Positions 26,511 to 35,667 of a stretch of DNA of 55,631 nt are shown here, piece after piece. The translations under genes were made by a program, and so were the position numbers. Positions within the stretch are counted from its first letter, which is position 1, and the number at the start of each line of letters is the position of its first letter. Below the pieces are notes generated by a model. It saw only the letters and a list, made by a program, of their open reading frames with translations. It was not told the DNA's origin and ran no database searches. The stretch comes from Gammaproteobacteria bacterium. GTDB taxonomy: Bacteria; Pseudomonadota; Gammaproteobacteria; Ga0077536. The stretch is taken from contig JAYTTZ010000239.1 in the NCBI GenBank assembly GCA_043744805.1, forward strand, positions 1 through 55,631, given 5' to 3'.

Positions 26511-28619
26511 ATGATCGCGCAAAACCTGCAGCCCCCCCTCCCGCCAGCGAGCACCACCCCGGGCGCTTCGCCCAGCTTCGCCAATCCGCTCGGCAATGCC
26601 TTCGGGATCACCCTCGTGGGCAGCTATGCCAGTCCGGCGTTTGCTGATATCGACAACGACGGGGATCTGGATCTCTTCATCGGGGACGACAGCGGGCTGT
26701 GTCTGTTCGTCCAGAATTCGGGCAGCGCGAGCGCCCCCGCCTTCCACGCCGTGTGGGATGGCTTTGGCCTCGAGGATGTCGGGCGCTACGCGAGCCCGAG
26801 CTTCGCGGACATCGATGGCGATGGCGATCTCGATGCCTTCATCGGCAACTACGACGGGGAAGTTCGCTTCTTCCGCAACAGCGGCACGGCGAGTGCGCCT
26901 GCCTTCACCCCCGAAATCGACAACGGCGGCCTCGGCGACATGGGCTATGGCGCGAAACCCGCCTTCGTGGACATCGACGGCGATGGCGACTTCGACGCCT
27001 TCGTCGGCAGCCAGGCCGGGACCATCCACTTCTTCAGGAATACCGGTAGCGCGGGCGTACCGGCCTTCTCGGCTGAAACCGGCAATGGCGGTCTCGTCGA
27101 CGTCGGCTCCCAGGCCAGTCCGAGCTTCGCCGACATCGACGGCGATAGTGACTTCGATGTGCTGGTGGGCGAGCGCGGGGCGGGCTTGCGCTTCTTCCGC
27201 AACACTGGTGATGCCACGACGCCCGCCTTCAGCGAGGAAGCCGAACACTTCGGGCTGTATGGCGTGGGCTCGCACGCCAACGCCACGTTCGCGGATCTCG
27301 ACGGCGACGGCGTGCTCGACGTGCTGGTGGGTCGGGTTGATGGCAGCCACTATTTTTTTCGCAACACGGCGGGTAGCAACGTGTTGCCGGTGGTCCCACC
27401 GCCACCCGTCATCCGCTATGTGGACACGGCCTTCAAGGACGGCTTCGCTGCGCGAACCTTCCGCCTGGACGCCTCGGACGTGGACGCCGGGGACCAGCTT
27501 GGCGCTAATCTCGAAGGCGGCACGGACACCGGCAACGGCACAGTCACGCTGAGTGGACCCTATGGCAGCCTGGTGCTTGATCGCGCCAGCCGCGAGGCCA
27601 TTTTCACGCCCAACGCCAGCGCGATCGAAGCGCTCGCCGCAGCAGCCAGCGTGAGCATAACGTTCACGGTAACCGACGGCACCGGCACTGTCGCGCAAGT
27701 GCTCAACATCGAGATTTCACAGCGCGGCACGACGGAATCGGCAGGCGACGACGTGCTGGTCGGCACCGCCGCGGACGAGGTCTTCGATGCGCTCGGCGGG
27801 GATGACCAGATCGACGGCGGCGCGGGTATCGACACGGCGGCTTATGGCTCGGCCCCGGGCGGGGTTGTCGTCAGCCTTACCTCAGCCGCCGCGCAGGACA
27901 CGGTAAGCGCGGGCATGGATACGCTCGTCCGCATCGAGAACCTGTCGGGCTCCGCGTTCGCTGACCACTTGAGCGGCAACCTCGGGGCCAACCGGCTGGA
28001 CGGCTGGACTGGCGCAGATCTGTTGGCGGGCCTCGCCGGCAACGACACTTATCTCGTGGACAACGCGGGTGACGTGGTCACCGAGGTCGCCAACGCGGGC
28101 ACGGACACGGTACTCACCACACTTGCCAGCTACACCCTGGGCGCCAACGTCGAAATCGGCCGGATCACGGAGGGGAGCACGGCGAAACTGGCCGGCAATA
28201 GCCTCAACAACACCCTCGTGGGCGGCGCGGGCAACAATGTGCTGGTAGGCGATATGGGCGTGGACCGGCTGACCGGCGGCGCCGGCGCGGACACTTTCGA
28301 CTTCAACCGCGCCCGCGAGACAGGCCTCACCAGTGCGAGCCGCGACACCATCACCGATTTCACGCACGCTCAAGGCGACCGGCTGGACCTCGCGACCATC
28401 GACGCCAACACGAACCTTCCCGGCAACCAGCCCTTCACCAAGCCGGTAAGTTCGTCGCTGGCATTCTCCACCACGAAGACCTTCAAAGCCGCCGGACAGC
28501 TTTACTTCGACAAGGCCGCGCACGTGCTCTACGGCAACACGGATGTGGATCCCGCGCCAGAGTTCAGCCTCAAGGTGTTGGGTGCCACGAGCCTGGTCAC
28601 GGGCGATTTCCTGCTGTGA
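26511..28619 (+). CDS. Secreted FG-GAP repeat / VCBS / RTX Ca-binding protein, paralog A (one 5-repeat module)
   Basis: Five DxDGDGD FG-GAP repeats; cadherin/VCBS-like domain; GGxGxD nonapeptides; serralysin-like C-terminus ending GDFLL; no signal peptide. Confidence 0.85.
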   Translation: MIAQNLQPPLPPASTTPGASPSFANPLGNAFGITLVGSYASPAFADIDNDGDLDLFIGDDSGLCLFVQNSGSASAPAFHAVWDGFGLEDVGRYASPSFADIDGDGDLDAFIGNYDGEVRFFRNSGTASAPAFTPEIDNGGLGDMGYGAKPAFVDIDGDGDFDAFVGSQAGTIHFFRNTGSAGVPAFSAETGNGGLVDVGSQASPSFADIDGDSDFDVLVGERGAGLRFFRNTGDATTPAFSEEAEHFGLYGVGSHANATFADLDGDGVLDVLVGRVDGSHYFFRNTAGSNVLPVVPPPPVIRYVDTAFKDGFAARTFRLDASDVDAGDQLGANLEGGTDTGNGTVTLSGPYGSLVLDRASREAIFTPNASAIEALAAAASVSITFTVTDGTGTVAQVLNIEISQRGTTESAGDDVLVGTAADEVFDALGGDDQIDGGAGIDTAAYGSAPGGVVVSLTSAAAQDTVSAGMDTLVRIENLSGSAFADHLSGNLGANRLDGWTGADLLAGLAGNDTYLVDNAGDVVTEVANAGTDTVLTTLASYTLGANVEIGRITEGSTAKLAGNSLNNTLVGGAGNNVLVGDMGVDRLTGGAGADTFDFNRARETGLTSASRDTITDFTHAQGDRLDLATIDANTNLPGNQPFTKPVSSSLAFSTTKTFKAAGQLYFDKAAHVLYGNTDVDPAPEFSLKVLGATSLVTGDFLL

Positions 28620-30718
28620 GCCCGGATCCACGAGAATCCGCGCAGGCCTGCTTCCAGCAGGGGCGGACTGCGCGGCGCGACGGTGATGCAAGCGCCGCCA
28701 CCGCCCTGTTCCGCCGCGCCATTGCACTGGACCCAACCTACATCCCGCCTTACAACAACCTGGCCACCTTGCTGCAAGGTCTGGGTGAATCCGCTGCAGC
28801 CGTGGCGCTGCTGGAGCAGGCGCTCCAGCTGGGGCCGGACAAGCCTGTCTTGCACTGCAACCTCGCCAGCGCCCGGCAGATGCGCGGCGAGCTAGCCCTG
28901 GCGCGAGTCGGTTTCGAGGCAGCGATTGGACTGGATCCCGGCTTTTTCCTCGCCCATTTCAACCTGGGCAAACTCCTGGCGACCGAGGAAGCCTGGGCCG
29001 AGGCCGCGAGCGCCTACACGAAGGCCCTGCAACTCAAACCTGACGCTGGCGAGGTGCACCTCGAACTTGGCCATCTTTACCGCCAGCGCGACCGCTTCGA
29101 CGAGGCGCTGGACTGCTACAAGGCTGCAACGCGCCTGATGCCGGATTCGGCCGCAGCCCTCAATACCCTCGGTGCGCTCCTGCAGCAGCGTGGGGAGAGC
29201 AAGTTTTCGCGCCACTGTTACCAGCGGGCGCTCAAGCTAGCGCCCGATTTCGCCCTGGCCCACGCCAACCTCGCGATGCTCTGCGAAAACGCCGGCGAAC
29301 TCGAAACGGCCATCGCGCACTACACGCGGGCGGTAGCACTGCAACCGGACATGCTGAACGCCCACTACAACCTCAATTACCTGCGGCTGAAACTCGCCGA
29401 CTGGGAAGATCTGGACGCACGCATCGCGTCGCTGGCACGCCTTACCGCCGCCCACCTGGCGGAAGGTCGCACCGTCTCACTGCCGCTCTTTTCGCTGCTG
29501 TCCCTGCCCTTGCCCGCCGAACTGCTGCTGGCCGTCACCCGCAACATCGCGGACGGCCACGCCAGCGCTGCCCGGGCAATGCGCATGGATTTCCCGGCGC
29601 AAACCGTTGCCCTGGATCCCTCGCCGCCCAGGCTGCGCGTGGGCTATGTCTCGCCCGATTTCCGCCGCCATGCGGTGGGGCGCCTCATCCACGAGATGTT
29701 CCAGCACCATCGGCGGCCTGATTTCGAAATCTTCGCTTACAGCCTCTGCCCGGTGGAAGATCGTTTCACCACGGCCATCCGCGCAGGCTGCGACCATTAC
29801 CTGGACGCCAGCGAGCTCAGCGTGCCGGCGCTGGCCAAACGGATCCGCGACGACGGCATCCACATCCTCGTCGATCTCGCGGGCTATACCTCGAACGCAC
29901 GCACCACCCTTTTTGCCCTCAAGCCAGCCCCTGTGCAGGTTCAGTTCCTGGGCTATCCCGGCACCATGGGCGCCGACTTCATTCCCTACGTCCTTGCCGA
30001 CCAGACCCTGATCCCGCCCGCCGCCCGCCAGGGCTATACCGAGGAAGTCCTCTACCTCGACCACGCCTGGGTGTCCTCGCCCATGCTGATCCGGGACACC
30101 ACACCGAGTCGCCATGACTTCGGCCTGCCCGAGACCGGCGTGGTGTATTGCTGCTTCAACGGGATCTACAAGATCGAACCGCGGGTCTTCGGCTGCTGGA
30201 TGCGAATCCTGGGGCAGGTGCCGGGAAGCGTGCTGTGGCTGGCCGACGGTGGGCGAGCCCTGGTACGGGAGCGAATGCGCGAGCGCGCTGCCGCGCACGG
30301 CGTCGACCCGAACCGCCTGGTGTTCGCAGGGCACAACCTGCCGCACGCGGACTACCTTGCCCGTTATCGCGTCGCAGACCTGTTCCTGGACACCTTCACT
30401 TATAACGCCGGTTCAACGGCCGCAGGCACCCTGTGGGCCGGCTTGCCCCTGCTGTCCTGCCCCGGGCAAACCTATCCCTCGAGGATGGGGGCAAGTCTGT
30501 CCCACGCCGGAGGATTTACCGATACCCTCTGCGCCTCGGAAGCTGATTACGAAGCCCGCGCCGTTAGCCTTGGACAGGAACCAGCGCAGCTGGCGGACCT
30601 CAAGTCCCGACTGGCAAGCGCCGTGAGAGACGCGCCGCTGTTCAAGCCCGAGCGCTTCGTCAGCAACCTGGAAACCACCCTGGCAGCGCTTTGGCACCGG
30701 GTGGCGACGAAGGCGTGA
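28616..30718 (+). CDS. TPR-containing GT41 glycosyltransferase (O-GlcNAc transferase/SPINDLY-like)
   Basis: N-terminal TPRs; LRVGYVSPDFRRHAV; ILVDLAGYT; PAPVQVQFLGYPGT; CFNGIYKI; DLFLDTFTYNAGST. GTGA overlap with paralog A. Confidence 0.9.
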   Translation: MSPDPRESAQACFQQGRTARRDGDASAATALFRRAIALDPTYIPPYNNLATLLQGLGESAAAVALLEQALQLGPDKPVLHCNLASARQMRGELALARVGFEAAIGLDPGFFLAHFNLGKLLATEEAWAEAASAYTKALQLKPDAGEVHLELGHLYRQRDRFDEALDCYKAATRLMPDSAAALNTLGALLQQRGESKFSRHCYQRALKLAPDFALAHANLAMLCENAGELETAIAHYTRAVALQPDMLNAHYNLNYLRLKLADWEDLDARIASLARLTAAHLAEGRTVSLPLFSLLSLPLPAELLLAVTRNIADGHASAARAMRMDFPAQTVALDPSPPRLRVGYVSPDFRRHAVGRLIHEMFQHHRRPDFEIFAYSLCPVEDRFTTAIRAGCDHYLDASELSVPALAKRIRDDGIHILVDLAGYTSNARTTLFALKPAPVQVQFLGYPGTMGADFIPYVLADQTLIPPAARQGYTEEVLYLDHAWVSSPMLIRDTTPSRHDFGLPETGVVYCCFNGIYKIEPRVFGCWMRILGQVPGSVLWLADGGRALVRERMRERAAAHGVDPNRLVFAGHNLPHADYLARYRVADLFLDTFTYNAGSTAAGTLWAGLPLLSCPGQTYPSRMGASLSHAGGFTDTLCASEADYEARAVSLGQEPAQLADLKSRLASAVRDAPLFKPERFVSNLETTLAALWHRVATKA

Positions 30719-30957
30719 AACCATGGTCCCTCCTCCTGGGGCACGAGCTTCCTGAACTGTGACCGCGTACTGATTGATCCCTTATATAGGTGCTAGGCTT
30801 ATTTGAAGGCCAGCCAGATCGTGGGGCGGGTACGTCGGAGCTGATTTCCCCGGAAATCCGGGCCTCCGATGGCAACCCGGGCGCAGACCGCTTGCGCATG
30901 CCAGGTCGCGGCAGCCGTGTCCAAGTGTTCTCGCTCAAACAGGATGGGAGATCTGTC

Positions 30958-33900
30958 ATGTCAGATCCGCAATTCAGGCCCACGCCGCAGATGGATCCCT
31001 TCGGTCTCGCCGATGTGGGCTACTCGGCGACGCCAACCTTTGCCGACCTTGATGCCGACGGCGATCTGGATTTGCTGGTCGGTAACCTTGACGGCAATCT
31101 CCAGTACTTCCGTAATGTCGGCAGTGCCAGCGCCCCGGCTTTCGTCCACGATTCTGGCAATCTTAACCTCCCTGACGTCGGCTCATTCGCCGCCCCCACC
31201 CTGGGCGACGTCGATGCAGACGGTGATCTGGACCTGATTGTCGGCACGCTCACGCCGACGGGCGCCGAAATCCGGTTCTTTCGCAACGAAGGCACCAGCC
31301 TCGTCCCCAGTTTCACCAGCCAGGCCTCGGCCTTCGGCCTCATTGCCCCCGTAGACAACCTCGGCCCCCAGGTCTTCCCCACGCTGGTCGACATCGACCG
31401 CGATGGCGACCTCGACGCCGTGGTCGGCACGGGCAGCGGCGCGGTCTTCGTCTACATGAACACCGGCACCGTCCAGGTGCCCGCATTTTCATCGGAAGCA
31501 ACCGACCTCGGCCTCGGGGCCAACGGGGCCTACGCCCGCCCGAGCTTTGCGGACCTCGATGGCGACGGGGACCTCGACGCCCTCATTGGCTACGGGGATG
31601 GCAACTTCCACTACTTCCAGAACAACGGCACGGCCACCTTACCGTTGTTCAGCGCCGAGCCTGCACTGAACCCGTTTGGCTTTGGTGACATCGGCGCGCA
31701 CGCGGCGCCGGTACTCGTCGATATCGACCATGACGGCGACCTTGAAGCCTTCGTGGGCACGGACCTCGGCCACATTGCCTTCTTCTCGTCGGACCACCCG
31801 GGCATCACCGTCACCCTCAGCAACGGCGCGACCGCCGTGGCAGAAGGCAGCGGCGGCGCCACGGACACCTTCAACATCGTCCTGAGCAGCGCGCCCCTGG
31901 GCAACGTCGTGATTGCCCTGGACTTCACCAGCGGGCAAGTCACGGCCGATCTCGCCAGCCTCACCTTCACGGCCGACAACTGGAACGTGGCTCAAACGGT
32001 GACGGTTGCAGCCGTTGACGACCGGCGTGGCGAAGGCGCCCACCAGGGCATCATCCAGTTCCACGTCGGCGGCACTGACTCCCTGTACTCCGGCTTTGCC
32101 GTTGCCCCGGTCGTGGTAAACATCGCGGACAACGACCTGCCACAGGTTGATCCCACTTTCGCCGCGCCACTGGTAAACCCCTTCGGCCTCTACGGCGTGG
32201 GCGCGAACGCGAGCATTGCCCTGGTCGACATCGACAGCGATGGCGACCTTGATGCGTTCCTTGGCGGCGAACTGGGCAACAACATTTTCTTCCGGAATGG
32301 CGGCACCGACCTCGCGCCGACATTCGCCGCCGAACAGGACGATTTCGGCCTTTACACCGCGGGCAGCCAGGCCAAGGCCAGCTTCGTCGACCTCAATGCC
32401 GATGGGGATCTGGACGCCTTCCTCGTGAGCCCGGACGGGAGCACCAGCTTCCGCATGAATGTCGGCACCGCCAGTGCCCCGGCCTTCGTCAGCCAGGCCG
32501 GCAATTTTGGCCTTGGCAATCCCGGGCGGAACGCCAACCTGACCTTCGTCGACATCGATGGAGACGGTGATCAGGACGCCTTCGCCGGCCAGGCCAGCGG
32601 TGATTTCACGTTCTATCGCAACATTGGCACCACGGGCGAACCGGATTTCCAGCAGGAAACCGGCGTGTTCGGACTGGCCAACGTTGGTTCCAACGCCAGC
32701 CCGAACTTCATGGACATCGATGGGGACGGTGATCCGGATGCCCTGGTCGGCACGGGCACCGGTGATTTCATCCTGTTCCGCAACGCAGGCTCGGCAACCG
32801 CGCCGAATTTCATCAACGAAGCCAGCAATCCGTTCAACCTCCTGGGGGTCGGCGGCGCTGCCTCGCCGACCCTCGCCGACGTCGATGCCGACGGCGATCC
32901 GGACCTTCTCACCAGCGACCAGTCCGGCAACGTGCAGTTCTTCAATAACACGGCACTGCGCCCCGCCGGGCTCACCATTACGGTGTCGGATGGTTCCACG
33001 CTGTTGTCCGAAAACGGCATGACCGACGGCTACTCGGTGGTCCTCAACCGCGCGCCGACCCACGCCGTCGTGGTTTCGCTGGTCACCAACCACCAGGTCA
33101 CCACCAGCGATGTCGCAGAACTCGTGTTCACGCCCGCGAACTGGGACATCCCCCAGACCGTCATGCTCGCGGCGATCGACGACACCGTGGGCGAAGGCAG
33201 CCAGTTGGTGGTGGTCGCCCATCGCGCGAGCAGCGCGGACAGCCATTACGACGGCTTGGTCATCAACAGCGTGGTCGCCAAGGTCTTCGACAACGACCTC
33301 GCGGTAACCGCACAACCCAGTTTTGCCAATCCCGAGGCAAACCCCTTTGGTCTCGCCAATACAGGTCCGAGCGCGAAGCCGGCCTTCGCCGACCTCGACG
33401 GTGACGGCGATCTCGACGTCGTCGTCGGCCTCAACGACGGCAGCTTCCGTTTCTTCCGCAACGAGGGCTCGACAACCGCGCCAAGTTTCGTGGCGAAAGG
33501 AGAGACCTTTGGCCTCGGCAACGTGGGCAGTATCGCCAGCCCCGCGTTCGTCGACATCGACACCGATGGCGATCTGGATGCCTTCGTGGGCAACCTCAAC
33601 AGCAGCACCGCCTTCTTCCTCAACGTCGGTACCGCCACGGCGCCGGCCTTTGTCCAGGAAAGCAGCAGCTTTGGCCTCGATGACGGTGGCAACGGCGCCG
33701 ACCCGGCCTTCGTCGACATCGACGGCGATGGTGACCTCGATGCCTTTGTTGGCCAGTGGGGCAGCGACACCCTGTTCTTCCGCAACGTCGGCACCGCCAC
33801 GGCACCCGAATTCTCCGGGGAAAGCGACAATTTCGGCCTTGCCGGCGTGGGTCTCGGCGCGAGCCCGACCTTTGCGGACCTCGACGGAGACGGTGACCTC

Positions 33901-35364
33901 GACGCCCTGCTTGGCCAAGCCGGCGGCGCCATGTTGTTCTACCGCAATCTTGGCAGCGCGCTGTTGCCGAACTTCGTCAGCGAATCAACCCAGCTTGGCC
34001 TGACCTCGGTACAATCCGCCGCGTCGCCGGAGTTCGTCGATATCGACGGTGACGGCGATCTTGATGCCCTGATCGGCAACGGTAAGGGCGATCTCCTGTT
34101 CTTCCGCAACACGGCCGGGACGAACGCCGTACCTGTCGTGTCGCTGGCACCGGATGACGCGCGCTACGTCGATACGCGCTTCGATGACCGCTTCGGGGTC
34201 GTTACCCGCCAGTTCACAGCCACCGACGCCGATGGCAACACCAAGACCTTTGGCATCGCGGGCGGCATCGACCTCGGAGCACTCGTGAGCAAGGCCGGTG
34301 ACTACGGCCTGCTGACCATCGATAAGGCGAGCGGCCTGCTGCGCTTCACGCCGAACGATGCTGCGATAGAGGCTCTGAACGCCAACGCCTCGGCGGAATT
34401 CACCGTCACGGTGACCGATGGTACCGGCACGGTCAGCGCCCCATTCCGGGTGAACGTAACCCAGGACGGCGCGACCGAAAGCAACGGCGACGACACCCTC
34501 GCCGGCACCACTGGCAATGATTTCTTCGACAGCCTGGCGGGCAACGACACCCTCGACGGTGGGGCGGGTATCGACCAGATTTCCTTTGCCTCCGCACTCT
34601 CAGGCGTCACGGTGAGCCTGGTGATCACCAGCCCTCAGGACACCGGTGGCAGCGGCGTGGATACCTTGTTCAATTTCGAAAACATACTGGGCTCGGCGTC
34701 CAAGGACTTCCTCACCGGCAACGCGCTGGCGAATGTTCTGAACGGCGGCGCGGACGCCGACAAGATGGCCGGGGGTGCAGGCTCTGATACCTACTACGTG
34801 GACCACGTGGGAGACCGCGTAAGCGAGGCCGGCACCGGCGGAACGGCAGATACGGTGTACAGCAAGCTCGCCAGTTACACGCTCCCACCCAACGTCGAAA
34901 TTGGCCGCATCAATACCACTGCAGCGGCGAACCTGACGGGCAATACCGGCGCCAACACGCTGGTTGGCGGCACCGGCAAGAACGTGCTGGTGGGCGGACT
35001 TGGCGCGGACAAGCTCGCCGGCGGCCTGGGCGCCGATCGCTTTGAATTCAATACCCTGGCGGAATCCGGCATTGCGACGACGACGCGGGACAGCATCCTG
35101 GACTTCTCACACGCGCAGGGTGATCGAATCGATCTCTTCGATCTGGACGCCAACAGCGCCGTCGCCGGCGGCCAGGCGTTCACCAAGCTGGTCAGCAGCG
35201 CCACTGCCTTCAGTGCGAGCAAGTCGTTCACGGCCGCAGGGCAGTTGTACTACGACCAGACCGCGGACGTTCTTTATGGCAACACGGACAGCGATCCAGC
35301 CGCCGAGTTTTCGATCAAGGTGCTGGGCGTCACCTCGCTCGTCCCGGGCGACTTCGTGCTCTAG
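30958..35364 (+). CDS. Secreted FG-GAP/Ig-like/VCBS/RTX protein, paralog B (three 5-repeat modules)
   Basis: 15 FG-GAP repeats in three blocks separated by Calx-beta/Ig-like domains (FTxxNWxxxQTV..A.DD); RTX repeats; C-terminus GDFVL; RBS ggag before the ATG at 30958. Confidence 0.85.
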   Translation: MSDPQFRPTPQMDPFGLADVGYSATPTFADLDADGDLDLLVGNLDGNLQYFRNVGSASAPAFVHDSGNLNLPDVGSFAAPTLGDVDADGDLDLIVGTLTPTGAEIRFFRNEGTSLVPSFTSQASAFGLIAPVDNLGPQVFPTLVDIDRDGDLDAVVGTGSGAVFVYMNTGTVQVPAFSSEATDLGLGANGAYARPSFADLDGDGDLDALIGYGDGNFHYFQNNGTATLPLFSAEPALNPFGFGDIGAHAAPVLVDIDHDGDLEAFVGTDLGHIAFFSSDHPGITVTLSNGATAVAEGSGGATDTFNIVLSSAPLGNVVIALDFTSGQVTADLASLTFTADNWNVAQTVTVAAVDDRRGEGAHQGIIQFHVGGTDSLYSGFAVAPVVVNIADNDLPQVDPTFAAPLVNPFGLYGVGANASIALVDIDSDGDLDAFLGGELGNNIFFRNGGTDLAPTFAAEQDDFGLYTAGSQAKASFVDLNADGDLDAFLVSPDGSTSFRMNVGTASAPAFVSQAGNFGLGNPGRNANLTFVDIDGDGDQDAFAGQASGDFTFYRNIGTTGEPDFQQETGVFGLANVGSNASPNFMDIDGDGDPDALVGTGTGDFILFRNAGSATAPNFINEASNPFNLLGVGGAASPTLADVDADGDPDLLTSDQSGNVQFFNNTALRPAGLTITVSDGSTLLSENGMTDGYSVVLNRAPTHAVVVSLVTNHQVTTSDVAELVFTPANWDIPQTVMLAAIDDTVGEGSQLVVVAHRASSADSHYDGLVINSVVAKVFDNDLAVTAQPSFANPEANPFGLANTGPSAKPAFADLDGDGDLDVVVGLNDGSFRFFRNEGSTTAPSFVAKGETFGLGNVGSIASPAFVDIDTDGDLDAFVGNLNSSTAFFLNVGTATAPAFVQESSSFGLDDGGNGADPAFVDIDGDGDLDAFVGQWGSDTLFFRNVGTATAPEFSGESDNFGLAGVGLGASPTFADLDGDGDLDALLGQAGGAMLFYRNLGSALLPNFVSESTQLGLTSVQSAASPEFVDIDGDGDLDALIGNGKGDLLFFRNTAGTNAVPVVSLAPDDARYVDTRFDDRFGVVTRQFTATDADGNTKTFGIAGGIDLGALVSKAGDYGLLTIDKASGLLRFTPNDAAIEALNANASAEFTVTVTDGTGTVSAPFRVNVTQDGATESNGDDTLAGTTGNDFFDSLAGNDTLDGGAGIDQISFASALSGVTVSLVITSPQDTGGSGVDTLFNFENILGSASKDFLTGNALANVLNGGADADKMAGGAGSDTYYVDHVGDRVSEAGTGGTADTVYSKLASYTLPPNVEIGRINTTAAANLTGNTGANTLVGGTGKNVLVGGLGADKLAGGLGADRFEFNTLAESGIATTTRDSILDFSHAQGDRIDLFDLDANSAVAGGQAFTKLVSSATAFSASKSFTAAGQLYYDQTADVLYGNTDSDPAAEFSIKVLGVTSLVPGDFVL

Positions 35365-35667
35365 CACGGCTTGCCGAGCCAGCACCATGAAGGCAGACGC
35401 CCACCTTGAACGCCTTCCGTGCTCCTCGTTGGTGGCGCAGCATGGTGGGATGGCGCCTGGATGCGAGACGCGTGTCGCAATTACGTAGCGCCCACCCTGT
35501 GGACATCGTTCAAACTGCCGATGTCCTCATGATGATGGGCGATGGCCTCCTGCGAGTCGCGCGCGATACGAGCGTCCCTCCCTCGGTCGCTGCCGCGTCC
35601 TGACAACCGGCCACGGCCTCGCGCTTCAAGACGAGCATTGCGTTAAGCACGACCCAGGAGTACCCGA

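Noticed and set aside
26117-26647. 176-aa ORF overlapping the relic and paralog A start
   Set aside because: It is an alternative frame with no motifs. The homology signal lies in the 26202 and 26511 frames.
30738-30752. Sigma-54-like promoter (gggcacgagcttcct) upstream of paralog B
   Set aside because: The -12 GC element is missing and the spacing does not fit TGGCAC-N5-TTGC.
35406-35603. 65-aa ORF between paralogs B and C
   Set aside because: No RBS or motif recognised. It may be intergenic or a remnant and cannot be supported as a gene.
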